From: an uncultured Gemmatimonadales bacterium | Lineage (GTDB): Bacteria; Gemmatimonadota; Gemmatimonadetes; Gemmatimonadales; GWC2-71-9 | Direction: 5' to 3' | Assembly (NCBI GenBank): GCA_963842945.1 | Contig: CAWJIM010000008.1 | Coordinates: forward strand, 1 to 40,470 | DNA length: 40,470 nucleotides | Shown here: in pieces, positions 30,289 through 39,754 of the stretch | Numbering within the stretch: the first letter of the stretch is position 1 | How the letters are laid out: each line of letters starts with the position of its first letter | Translations under genes and position numbers: made by a program | Notes under the pieces: model-generated | What the model was told of the DNA's origin: nothing | What the model saw: only the letters and a program-made list of their open reading frames with translations | Databases searched by the model: none

Positions 30289-31911
30289 ATGACGCAAACG
30301 TACGACCTCATTGTCATCGGCGGTGGCCACAATGGCCTGGTTACCGCCGCCTACGTCGCGGGTACCGGCGCGGACGTACTGGTGCTCGAGCGTCGGGAGG
30401 TCCTGGGGGGCGCCTGCGTCACCGAAGAGCTGTGGCCGGGTTTCAAGGTGTCCACCGCCGCATACGTGAACAGTCTGCTTCGGCCCGAGATCATCCAGGA
30501 CCTCGAGCTGAAGCGGCACGGCTTCAAGATGCTCCCCCGCAATCCGTCGTCGTTCACCCCATTTCCGGATAACCGTTCACTGCTGCTGGGTCCGAACAAG
30601 GCGCAGACCCACAGCGAGGTCTCCAAGTTCTCTACCAAGGACGCCGACGCTCTGCCGAAGTACGAGGCCATGCTGGAGCGGGTGGCTGCGTTCATCGAGC
30701 CCACACTCACCCAAACCCCGCCTAATCCGTGGTCTTTCCGGCCCGGCAACCTGGTGAAGCTGGCCAAGCTGGGGATGAGCTTCGCTCGGCTGGGGAAGGA
30801 TGGCCAGAAGGCCATCGAGATCCTGACCGGAGCGGCCACCCCAATTCTCGACCGGTGGTTCGAGTCCGAACAGCTGAAGGTCACGCTGGCCACCGACGCA
30901 ATCATAGGAGCAATGGCTTCTCCCTCCATGCCGGGAACCGCGTACGTACTGTTCCATCATGTCATGGGAGAATGCGACGGCATCAGGGGAGTTTGGGGCT
31001 ATGTGCGGGGCGGCATGGGCGGCATCAGCAACGCCATCGCCTCAGTTGCCCGGGAGCGGGGCGCGCAAATAAAGACCAACGCCGAAGTCAGCCGCATTCT
31101 GGTCAAAGGGGGCGAGGCGGTTGGGGTGGTCCTCAAGGATGGGACCCAGTTTCGGGCCCGGCGGGTGGCCTCCGGCGCCGACGCTCACGTCACCTTCCTC
31201 AAACTCCTCGATCCGCGAGAACTGCCCGAGGACTTTGTCCAGGACGTCCGCAACATCGATTACAGCAGCGCCAGTCTCAAGATCAACATCTCTCTGAGCG
31301 AGCTGCCCGATTTCAAGGCGGTCCCGGGTACCGAGCCAGGGCCGCAGCACCGGGGAACCATCCACATCTCGCCTACCATGCAGTACATCGAGCGGGCCTA
31401 CGACAACGCCAAGTACGGCTGCCCCTCGGAGTATCCCATTATCGAGGCCACCATCCCATCGGTGCTCGATGATACGCTTGCCCCGCCCGGCAAGCACGTC
31501 ATGTCGATGTTTACCCAGTACTTTCCCTACAAGCTCGCTCCCGGGCTCTCGCTTCAGGATGAAAAGGAGAAGTACGCCGAGCGCTGCTTCGACCTGATGA
31601 ACGAATACGCGCCCAACTTCCGGCGCTCGGTGCTGGGCCGGCAGGTGCTCACGCCGGTGGACCTCGAGCGGCGCTTTGGGCTCACCGGCGGCAACATCAT
31701 GCAAGGCACCATGTCGTTGAGCAGTCTCTCCTTCATGAGACCGGTGCCGGGATATGCCGACTACCGGACGCCGATTCGCGGGCTCTACCTGTGTGGCGCG
31801 GCCACCCACCCCGGCGGCGGGGTCATGGGTGCCTGCGGGTATAACGCTGCCCGGGAGATCATGCGAGATATGCGTGCTCGCCCTCTAAGGAGGGCCGACG
31901 GACCGGCTTGA
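30289..31911 (+). CDS. FAD-dependent oxidoreductase, phytoene-dehydrogenase-like (PYROXD2 type)
   Basis: IGGGHNGLVTAAY, LGGACVTEE, YVLFHHVMGE...WGYVRGGMG, GLTGGNI and YRTPIRGLYLCGAATHPGGGVMG; intact 540 aa. Confidence 0.9.
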   Translation: MTQTYDLIVIGGGHNGLVTAAYVAGTGADVLVLERREVLGGACVTEELWPGFKVSTAAYVNSLLRPEIIQDLELKRHGFKMLPRNPSSFTPFPDNRSLLLGPNKAQTHSEVSKFSTKDADALPKYEAMLERVAAFIEPTLTQTPPNPWSFRPGNLVKLAKLGMSFARLGKDGQKAIEILTGAATPILDRWFESEQLKVTLATDAIIGAMASPSMPGTAYVLFHHVMGECDGIRGVWGYVRGGMGGISNAIASVARERGAQIKTNAEVSRILVKGGEAVGVVLKDGTQFRARRVASGADAHVTFLKLLDPRELPEDFVQDVRNIDYSSASLKINISLSELPDFKAVPGTEPGPQHRGTIHISPTMQYIERAYDNAKYGCPSEYPIIEATIPSVLDDTLAPPGKHVMSMFTQYFPYKLAPGLSLQDEKEKYAERCFDLMNEYAPNFRRSVLGRQVLTPVDLERRFGLTGGNIMQGTMSLSSLSFMRPVPGYADYRTPIRGLYLCGAATHPGGGVMGACGYNAAREIMRDMRARPLRRADGPA

Positions 31912-33142
31912 GGGGTTCACCACCCTCTGATGGTCTGGGTTTTCTTCCACGGCCCGGAGGGCGGAGAGGTCCGAGCCTGATGGAACGCACTCTGCACCGC
32001 GACTACTACTTCTCGGAAAAGATTTTTCAGCAGGAACGGGAGCGGATCTTCCACCGGGAGTGGTTCTGCGCTGGAAGAGCCGAGGAACTGGCCCACTCCG
32101 GCGACTACGTGGTGCTCGATGTTGCCGGGGAAAGCGTGCTCGTGGTGCGGACCCGTGAGGGCCGGCTGGCGGCCCACTACAACGTGTGCCGGCACCGCGG
32201 GCTCGCGCCTGGTGCCGGAGCGGAGCCAGGGCACCTTCTGGCCAGCAGCATTCGCTGCCCCTACCACTCCTGGACCTACAATCTCTAGGGCGAGCTCTGC
32301 GGACGGCTCCCTCACCTCGACGAAGACGACGGGTTGACAAAGCCTCAGCTCGGCCTGCACCCGGTGGGGGTCGAGGTCTGGGGCGGATTCTTCTTTCTGA
32401 ACCTCTCGCCTGGAGGAAGCGCGCAGTCGCGAGGCTACGACCCTGCAAACCCAACTGGGCGCCGTTCCCGAGCGGCTCCGCCGCTATCCGCTCGGACGAG
32501 CTTCGGTCGGGCCATCGGATCGACGTACGAGGTGCAGGCCAACTGGAAGGTGCTGCTGGAGAATTACAACGAGTGCTACCACTGCGGTCCGGTTCATCCG
32601 GAGCTGTGCCGGCTGGTTCCAGCCTTCAGAGGAGCGCCGGCGGATCAGCTCTCGATTGGGAGCGGGGCATACCGCACCGCGAGGGAGCGTGGACCTTCAC
32701 CGAGACCGGACCATCGAACCGGCGTCGCTTTCCCGGGTCTGAGCGCCGACGAGCAGGTGCGCCACAAGGGCGAGCTGATCTATCCCAACTTCATGATCAG
32801 CCTCTCCGCCGATCACGTGACCGCCTACACGATTTGGCCGCCGGGGCCCGAGCCGCACCACGGTGGTGTGCGACTTCCTCTTCCACCCGCGTGAGATCGA
32901 ACTCCGCGGTTTCGATCCGTCGGACGCCGTCGATTTCTGGGACCGGATCAACCGGCAGGATTGGGCCATCTGCGAAAATGTGCAGCGGGGCATGCAGTCC
33001 CGGATGTTCCAGCACGGGCTACTACGCCCCGATGGAGAGCGCCAGCCTCGACATTCGGCGGTATGTCAAGAAAACTCGCAGAGAAGCTTCGGCCCCGGAT
33101 GAACGACGACGCACGTGCACGGATCGGGCTGAAGGGCCATGA
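31908..33142 (+). CDS. Rieske non-heme iron oxygenase alpha subunit (quaternary-amine type), with frameshifts and one in-frame TAG
   Basis: NVCRHRG...CPYHSW Rieske motif; ANWKVLLENYNECYHCGPVHP; NRQDWAICENVQRG; start TTG 31908 or ATG 31980. Confidence 0.85.
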
Positions 33143-34316
33143 AGCAGAGATTACGAGTACGTCGTTCTCGGGCTGGGTGGCTTCGGCAGCGCCGCGGCGT
33201 ACTGGCTGGCGCGGCGAGCCGGCGGCGAGGTGCTCGGGCTGGAGCAGTTCGAGCTGGGCCACGTTCGGGGTGAGTCGCAGGATCATTCCCGAATCATCCG
33301 GCTCTCCTACCACACCCCGGGATATGTCGAGCTGGCCAAGCACGCCTATCGCGCCTGGGCCGAAGTGGAGCAGGATGCGGGCGAGCAGCTGATTCTCCGG
33401 ACCGGAGGATTGGACTTCGGTCCCCGGGTCAGTGCCATACCCGCTGAGCCAACTACGCCGACAGCATGGCGGCGGCCGGGCGTGCCCTACGAGACGCTCG
33501 ACGCTCGAGGAGATCATGCGCCGGTGGCCGGCGTTTCATGTCGCCGACGACATCCACGGACTCTATCAGGAGCAGAGCGGCATCGCCATGGCAGCTCGAG
33601 CCAACGCCGCGCACCAGCGGATGGCACGGGCCCACGGAGCAGTGCTTCGGGAACGGGCTGACGGTGAACTCGATTCGTCCGCGGGACGGAGAGATCGAGC
33701 TGGACGCTGGGTGGAGACCGAATCCGCTGCCGCCGGCTGGTGATGACGACGGGAGCCTGGTCCAACCAGGCGCTGGCCGCCTTCGGTTACCGGCTGCCAC
33801 TGACGGTCACCCAGGAGCAGGTGACCTACTTTGCCTGCTCCCGCCCGGCGGATTTCCAGCCCGGCCGTTTCCCCATCTGGATCTGGATGGACGACCCCTG
33901 CTTCTACGGCTTTCCCATCTTCGGTGAGGCATGGCACCAAGGCGGGGCAGGATGCCGGCGGCAAAGAGGTGACGGCCGACACCCGGACCTTCGAACCGGA
34001 CCAGGCGGCGCTGCGCCGGGTGTGCGACTTCCTGAGCCGAGCACATCCCCGGCGCCCTGGGCCCGATCATCTATACCAAGACCTGCCTCTACACGCTCAC
34101 CCCTGATCGCGACTTCGTGCTCGATCGCCTGCCGGATCACCCCGGCGCGCTGGTAGCGATCGGCGGCGGGCATGGCTTCAAGTTTGCCTCATCGTAGGGA
34201 AGATCCTGGCCGAGCTGGCCGTGGATGGCCACACCGGGCGCAACGATCTCAACCCTTCCGGATCGATCGCGCGATTCTTCAGCTCGAGAACCCGCCCAAG
34301 ACACTACATGGTGTGA
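33139..34316 (+). CDS. solA: N-methyl-L-tryptophan oxidase / monomeric sarcosine oxidase family flavoprotein, multiply frameshifted
   Basis: YVVLGLGGFGSAAAYWLA, EQFELGHVRGESQDHSRIIR, TGAWS, FYGFP, TCLYTLTPDRDFVLD and GHGFKF; ATGA overlap with the Rieske stop. Confidence 0.82.
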
Positions 34317-35748
34317 CCGATATCGCCGCCGCGGCCGAGCGCGAGGAGCACCCACAGCTCCGCCGGGTCATGGGGTTCCGCGATCTCTTGCTGTTCTATC
34401 TGGTCACCGGCTTTACCGTTCGATGGATCAGTACTGCAGCGGCCGCGGGGCCGAGCTCCATCGTGGTCTGGCTGATGGGGTGCGCGGCGTTTTACCTCCC
34501 GCTCATGTTCACCGTGCTCGAGCTCAGCTCCCGGTATCCCAACGAGGGCGGCTGCTACGTCTGGAGCAAGCGGGCCTTCGGGGAGTTTGCCGGCTTCATC
34601 ACCGGATGGACCTACTGGACCTGCAACCTTCCCTACTTTCCCGGGCTGTTCTACTTCACCGCATCGGCGGCGCTTTTCCTGGGTGGCCCATCATGGCGCG
34701 GTCTGGCGGCAGAGTCCCCTGTATTTCATCGTCTTCTCCCTCATCGCGCTGGGGATCGCCGCTGGGCTAAACGTTCGCGGTCTGTCGGTCGGCAAGTGGC
34801 TGCATAACCTGGGTGCCGTGGGACTGTGGGTGCCCGGCACTCCTGCTGATGGGTCTCGGGCCTTCTGGCCTTCCTGCGGTTTGGCTCGGCCACCGCTTTT
34901 CGCCGCCGAGACCATGCTGCCGAGCACCCATCTCAAGGACATCGTCTTCTGGTCCACCATCGCTTTCTCGCTGAGCGGGCTGGAGAGCGCCTCCATGCTG
35001 GGAGAAGAGATTCAGAGATGCCCGGCGGAACATTCCTCGAGCCCTGCTCGCTGGCCGGAGTGCTGATCACGGCCCTCTATATCCTCGGGACCGTGGCGAT
35101 GCTGGTGGCGTCTGCCCGCAGCAGGAGATCCAGCAGTCTCGCAGGGCTTCATGCACGGCCATCGAGTCAGCCAGCGGGCGCCTGGGTCTGGTCTGGCTGG
35201 TTCGCCCTCGATGGCCGGGCTGATCGTGCTGGGTGGGCTGGGGCAGGCGGGCGCCTGGTTTGCCGCCGGTGGAAGGCTTCCATTTGTGGCCGGAATCGAT
35301 CGGTACCTGCCGGCTGCTTTCGGGAAGCTGCACCCGCGGTACAACTCGCCCTACGTGAGCCTGATGAGCCAGGCGGGCATTGCGGCGGTGTTTCATTTTT
35401 CTGGGCCAGGCGGGCACCACGGTGAAAGGCGCGTACGACGTGCTGGTGAGCATGTCCATCATTTCCTACTTCATTCCGTACCTTTTGATGTTCGCCTCCA
35501 TGATCCGGCTGCAGGGAGAGCCGGCAGGGCCTGAGGTTATCCGGGTACCTGGCGGCCGGCCGGTGGCGATCGGGCTGGCGAGCTCTGGGATTCACTACTA
35601 CCGTGCGTCACGATCGGTCTGGCGCTCGATCCCCGCCGAAGACGATCCGAACAAGCTGCTGGCGGTGAGCAAGACCGCGGGCCTCACGCTTCTGCTCGTC
35701 GCCGCCGGCGCGCTGGTCTATGCTCTCGGCCGGCGCCGCCGCGACTGA
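34313..35748 (+). CDS. APC family amino acid permease, multiply frameshifted
   Basis: LRRVMGFRDL, ELSSRYPNEGGCYVWSKRAFG, FSLSGLE and FGKLHPRYNSP; GTGA overlap with the solA stop. Confidence 0.85.
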
Positions 35749-35750
35749 GC

Positions 35751-36894
35751 TCAGTCCTCCTCCAGCTGGGCTCGCGCCGAGCCCAGCGACTTCAGGACCT
35801 CACGGTCGAACTGCACCGACAGGCTTTCCCGCTTCGAGTACGGACCCGGACGGTAGACCCGGGACTGTACGCCGAGCTGGCTCTGCTCGCAGATATGCCA
35901 GTCCTGCCGGTTGGTCATGTCCCAGAACTGGATGCCGTCCTCAGGATTGTGCTCGGGATTGTTCAACGTGTCCCGGATGAAAAAGCCAGGAGCAGTAGAT
36001 CCGGGTACGATCGGGAGCCTCAGGCCACAGGGTGTGAAACATGACGTAGTCGGGGTGCAGGCTGAGTAACATGTTGGGGAAAATGGCGTAGTAGTACACC
36101 CGGGTGAGGTCTTCCTCGGGCAGATCTCCCACCATGAGCCCACAGGAGCGGCCGCTCATCGTCAAGCTCTGGTGGCCCTGGTTGATCACCATGAACCCGC
36201 CGGTGAAGGGCCCTTCGGTCAGGTCGTTCTCCCCGCTGGTGGGGGGCGTCAGCTTGGCCAGCGGCGGATGTACCGGCCCGCAGTGGTAACACTCGGAGTA
36301 GTTCTGAAACAGCAGCTTCCAATTGGCCCGGACGTCGTACTCGATGGTACGGGCCACTGCGAGCTTGGGCAGGTTGAACCGACTGAAGCGCCCGATCAGC
36401 GGTTGATACGCCTCACTGAACGCTTCCGGCTCTTCCGCCAGATTGACGAACAGAAAGCCTTCCCAGGTTTCGATCCAGACCGAGTGGAGCGGGTAGTCGG
36501 ACTTGCTGAAGCCCTCGATGTCCGCTGATGACGGCGCACCGATGAGACGTCCGTCGAGCGAGTAGGTCCAGGCGTGGTAGGGACACTGAATCGTTTCGGA
36601 GAACCGCCCCGTGTGCTCCTCGCAGAGCCGGGTCCCTCGATGGCGACAGACGTTGTAATACGCCCGGACGATGCCGGCTCTGTCGCGCAGCACGATGATG
36701 CTTTCCGCCCCGATCTGCTGCAGAAAATACTGGCCTGGCTCCCGAATCTGGTCCTCACGGCCCACGCAAAGCCAGCGGCGCATGAAGATCTGCTCGAACT
36801 CCGCTGCAAGCACCTCGGGAGCAACGTAGTAGCGCCGGGGAAGGGTTCTGGCGCCGCCAATGGCAATCTGGGTCGTCTTGAGGAATTGAGTCAC
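35751..36894 (-). CDS. second Rieske oxygenase alpha subunit (quaternary-amine type), one frameshift near 35975
   Basis: NVCRHRG...CPYHAW; ANWKLLFQNYSECYHCGPVHP; FPNMLLSLHPDY; C-terminus FWDMTNRQDWHICEQSQLG in the second frame. Confidence 0.9.
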
Positions 36895-37070
36895 CGTACC
36901 CTCGTCATGTCCGTATGCTGAAGTATGGTCGCGGCCTCAGGCCCGCGGAAGATTGGTGTTGACCCGGATTACTTATGCCTGGTGACGCAGGTTGTGGACG
37001 ACGCTCTCGCCGCGGCGTACTCTACAATGCTTGCCCAAGACGGCTATCCACGGTTGACGGAGGCAACATC

Positions 37071-37473
37071 ATGGCGATCAAGTCGATAGTGCCGATGCGC
37101 TGGCTGGCGGCGCTCGCAGTAGCTCTGCCGGCAACCGGTTGTCTCGCGGCGGCCGCCGCAGGAGCCGGTGCCGGGATCTACCTGACTTCCCGAGGAGCGG
37201 AGTCGCTCATTGACGGGCCTATCGATCAGGTGGCCAGCCCGGGCACGTACTGTCATGAACGAAGAAGGCATCGTCCCGGATGCGTCGAGCACCGAAAATG
37301 GTGGGGAGAACCGCGAGATCAAGGGCAAGAAGGGCGATCTCGACGTCACCATCCAGATGGAGCAGAAGAGCGACAAGACCACGAGGGTCGAAGTTACCGC
37401 CCGCAAGAACCTGGCGGAGTGGGACAAGGACTACGCCCAGAAGGTGCTGCAGCGTATCGTGGAAAAGGGTTGA
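37071..37473 (+). CDS. DUF3568-like small lipoprotein (frameshift near 37238)
   Basis: GGAGG RBS; ATGC lipobox then AAAAGAGAG; continues in the 37210..37473 frame. Confidence 0.6.
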
Positions 37474-37502
37474 TTCAGACCTAGTCCGCAGCAGCTGAGA
37501 GG

Positions 37503-38801
37503 CTAGGCCGGGGTCACCATGCCCCGGCACTCACCCAGGCCGATCCGTACTGCGCCGGCCCGTTCGCAGAAGGCCCGCAAGATCACCTCGTCTCCGTCCT
37601 CGAGGAACTTGCGGGTCTCTCCGTTTGGGAGCGTCAACGGCTCTGCTCCACGCCACGTCAGCTCCAACAGACAGCCCCGTGATTCCTTCGTCGGCCCGGA
37701 GATGGTGCCGCTGGCGAACAGATCTCCGGGGCGCAGGTTGCAGCCGTTACTCGTGTGATGGGTGAACATCTGCGCCATGGTCCAGTAGAGATCAGCCAAA
37801 CGGCTTCGACTCAACCGGACCGGCCCCAATCCCGCCTTCCGCATACTTGCCGAGCCTAGGTACACCTCCACTACAGCGTCGATACCCCCTTCGCTGCCGT
37901 CGCGCTCGGACTCGAGGTGCGGCAGTGGGCGCGGGTCACCCGCGGGCCGCCGAAAGGCCGAGGTTCGATAGGGCTGCAGCGCCTCGAAGGTGACCACCCA
38001 GGGTGAGATCGTGGTGGCAAAGCTCTTCGCCAGGAACGGGCCCAGTGGCTGGTACTCCCAGGTCTGAATGTCCCGGGCAGACCAATCATTTACCAGGCAG
38101 AGCCCGAAAAGGTGGTCCTCGGCCTGCTCGAGTGGAACCGGCTCGCCCAGCTGGTTCCCCGGGCCGATAAAGCAACCGATTTCCGACTCATAGTCCAGCG
38201 CCCGGCTCGGCGCATACACCGGGTGGTCCGCGTCAGGACTCTTGATCTGACCCCGCGGCCGACGAACCGGGCTTCCGCTGGGGACGATGGACGAGGCGCG
38301 CCCATGATAGCCGATCGGAATCCACTTGTAGTTCGGCAGCAGCGGGTTGTCCGGCCGGAACATGCTGCCCACGTTGGTGGCGTGGTGAATCGAGGCGTAG
38401 AAGTCGCTGTAGTCGCCGATCCGGGCTGGGACCAGCAGCTCAGCTTCGCTCATCGGAACCAGGATCCGTTCGCCCAGTCGTGGTTGATACAGGGGGGAGC
38501 CGGAGGCAAGCAGGCCGCTGACCTGCGCCCGTAGATCCGACCAGTAGGGTCGGCCCAGTGACATCAAGCGATTCAGCGAGGGCTCCCGGCACGCCGCGGC
38601 CAGTTTGCCGTCTGGAGTCCTCAGCGTCTCAGCAGATGCGGTGAGATCCAGAATCTGATCGCCAATGGCTACGCCGACCCGTGGTGCTTCGGCCGGGTCC
38701 CGGCGAAAAACACCGAACGGCAGATTTTGAATAGGAAAGTCTGGGTGTCCCTGAGCAGATTCGACCCATGAGGTCAATCCGGGATCATGGGTCTGATTCA
38801 C
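37503..38801 (-). CDS. fahA: fumarylacetoacetase
   Basis: DFPIQNLPFGVF, GDYSDFYASIHHATNVG, YHGRASS, NDWSARDIQTWEYQPLGPF and GDLFASGTISG motifs. Confidence 0.95.
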   Translation of the reverse strand: MNQTHDPGLTSWVESAQGHPDFPIQNLPFGVFRRDPAEAPRVGVAIGDQILDLTASAETLRTPDGKLAAACREPSLNRLMSLGRPYWSDLRAQVSGLLASGSPLYQPRLGERILVPMSEAELLVPARIGDYSDFYASIHHATNVGSMFRPDNPLLPNYKWIPIGYHGRASSIVPSGSPVRRPRGQIKSPDADHPVYAPSRALDYESEIGCFIGPGNQLGEPVPLEQAEDHLFGLCLVNDWSARDIQTWEYQPLGPFLAKSFATTISPWVVTFEALQPYRTSAFRRPAGDPRPLPHLESERDGSEGGIDAVVEVYLGSASMRKAGLGPVRLSRSRLADLYWTMAQMFTHHTSNGCNLRPGDLFASGTISGPTKESRGCLLELTWRGAEPLTLPNGETRKFLEDGDEVILRAFCERAGAVRIGLGECRGMVTPA

Positions 38802-39718
38802 GCCTGAGGTACTCTCGACTGGAGTAGGTGAAGTGCGTGGAGCTCCTGCAGCGGCTCGGTAAAGGAACAGGAGCCAAACGACACCATGACCTGCTCACGG
38901 GTCCGCTCCAGATCGGCCAGGCCCACCCGATGGCCGTGCCAGGAGATCGCGTCCTCCTCGATCTGAAATGCTTCCGGCGAGCCTTCTTCCAGCACCGCTT
39001 GGGTGCCCTGTTGGTCCAGCCCGGAGCGGGCGAACGCCGCGGCAAGAAACAGGTTCATGAAGCCGAACATGGTTCCCCGGGGACTGTCGGAGGCATAGGT
39101 CAGCCGGTATTCGGCCCTGAATGGGTGGTGCAACCCCGCGGTGGCCTTGAACCCCACGTCGGCCCGAACACAGCTCACGATGAAGCGAGCCAAATCCACG
39201 GTCCGAGGAAAGGCCATCGGCTCGGTCCCGCCGGTCCGCACCTTGGCCCTGCGGCCCGCCCGGTTGATCTGCCGGATCAGATCTGCCGGGTCGCCAGCGA
39301 TGGGGATTTCGATATATGCTTGCAGATGGCGGGGGAGTCGCTCGAGAGCGTCCTGAACGCTCTCGGAGGAATCGGCCTTCAGCTCGACGCTATCGATCAA
39401 GGCGGCTGTGCCGCCGCTCCGGGATTTGCTGCGTCGGTTGAAGTCGGCTACAACCTCAAGATCCCGGTCCAGGCCTCCGCCCAGAAGTGCAGAGAGCCGC
39501 CATGGGCGGGAGCCGGTCCGAGCCAGGTGGGGGTGCGCGGCCGTCTCGAATTCCCCGAGCCGCTGAGCCGGAACCACGAACCGGCCCAGGGCCCAGGAGC
39601 TCGGGTCGTTTATATAGCGGGCGAAGTTGTCGACCGCTTCACTCATGGGGAGCCCCGCGGGAGGGAACAGACCCGCGTAGTCGATACTGTGGCGCAGCAA
39701 GGCGTGAATGACACTCAT
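38798..39718 (-). CDS. conserved hypothetical protein coupled to fahA
   Basis: 306 aa; IDYAGLFPPA, AKVRTGG, FKATAGLHHP, GFMN and SFGSCSFTEP; GTGA overlap with the fahA start. Confidence 0.8.
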   Translation of the reverse strand: MSVIHALLRHSIDYAGLFPPAGLPMSEAVDNFARYINDPSSWALGRFVVPAQRLGEFETAAHPHLARTGSRPWRLSALLGGGLDRDLEVVADFNRRSKSRSGGTAALIDSVELKADSSESVQDALERLPRHLQAYIEIPIAGDPADLIRQINRAGRRAKVRTGGTEPMAFPRTVDLARFIVSCVRADVGFKATAGLHHPFRAEYRLTYASDSPRGTMFGFMNLFLAAAFARSGLDQQGTQAVLEEGSPEAFQIEEDAISWHGHRVGLADLERTREQVMVSFGSCSFTEPLQELHALHLLQSRVPQA

Positions 39719-39754
39719 GCTGGATCATTATAGCGAAAGAAAGGCAGCTGGGGC

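Noticed and set aside
30289..31911. Carotenoid biosynthesis gene crtI
   Set aside because: No other crt genes nearby; the motifs fit the PYROXD2-like subgroup and the context is amine catabolism
32286..32288. In-frame TAG in the first Rieske gene as possible pyrrolysine or readthrough
   Set aside because: It sits where WTYxL(D/E)G expects an acidic residue and is one substitution from GAG. It is surrounded by indels and no pyl genes are present, so error is more likely.
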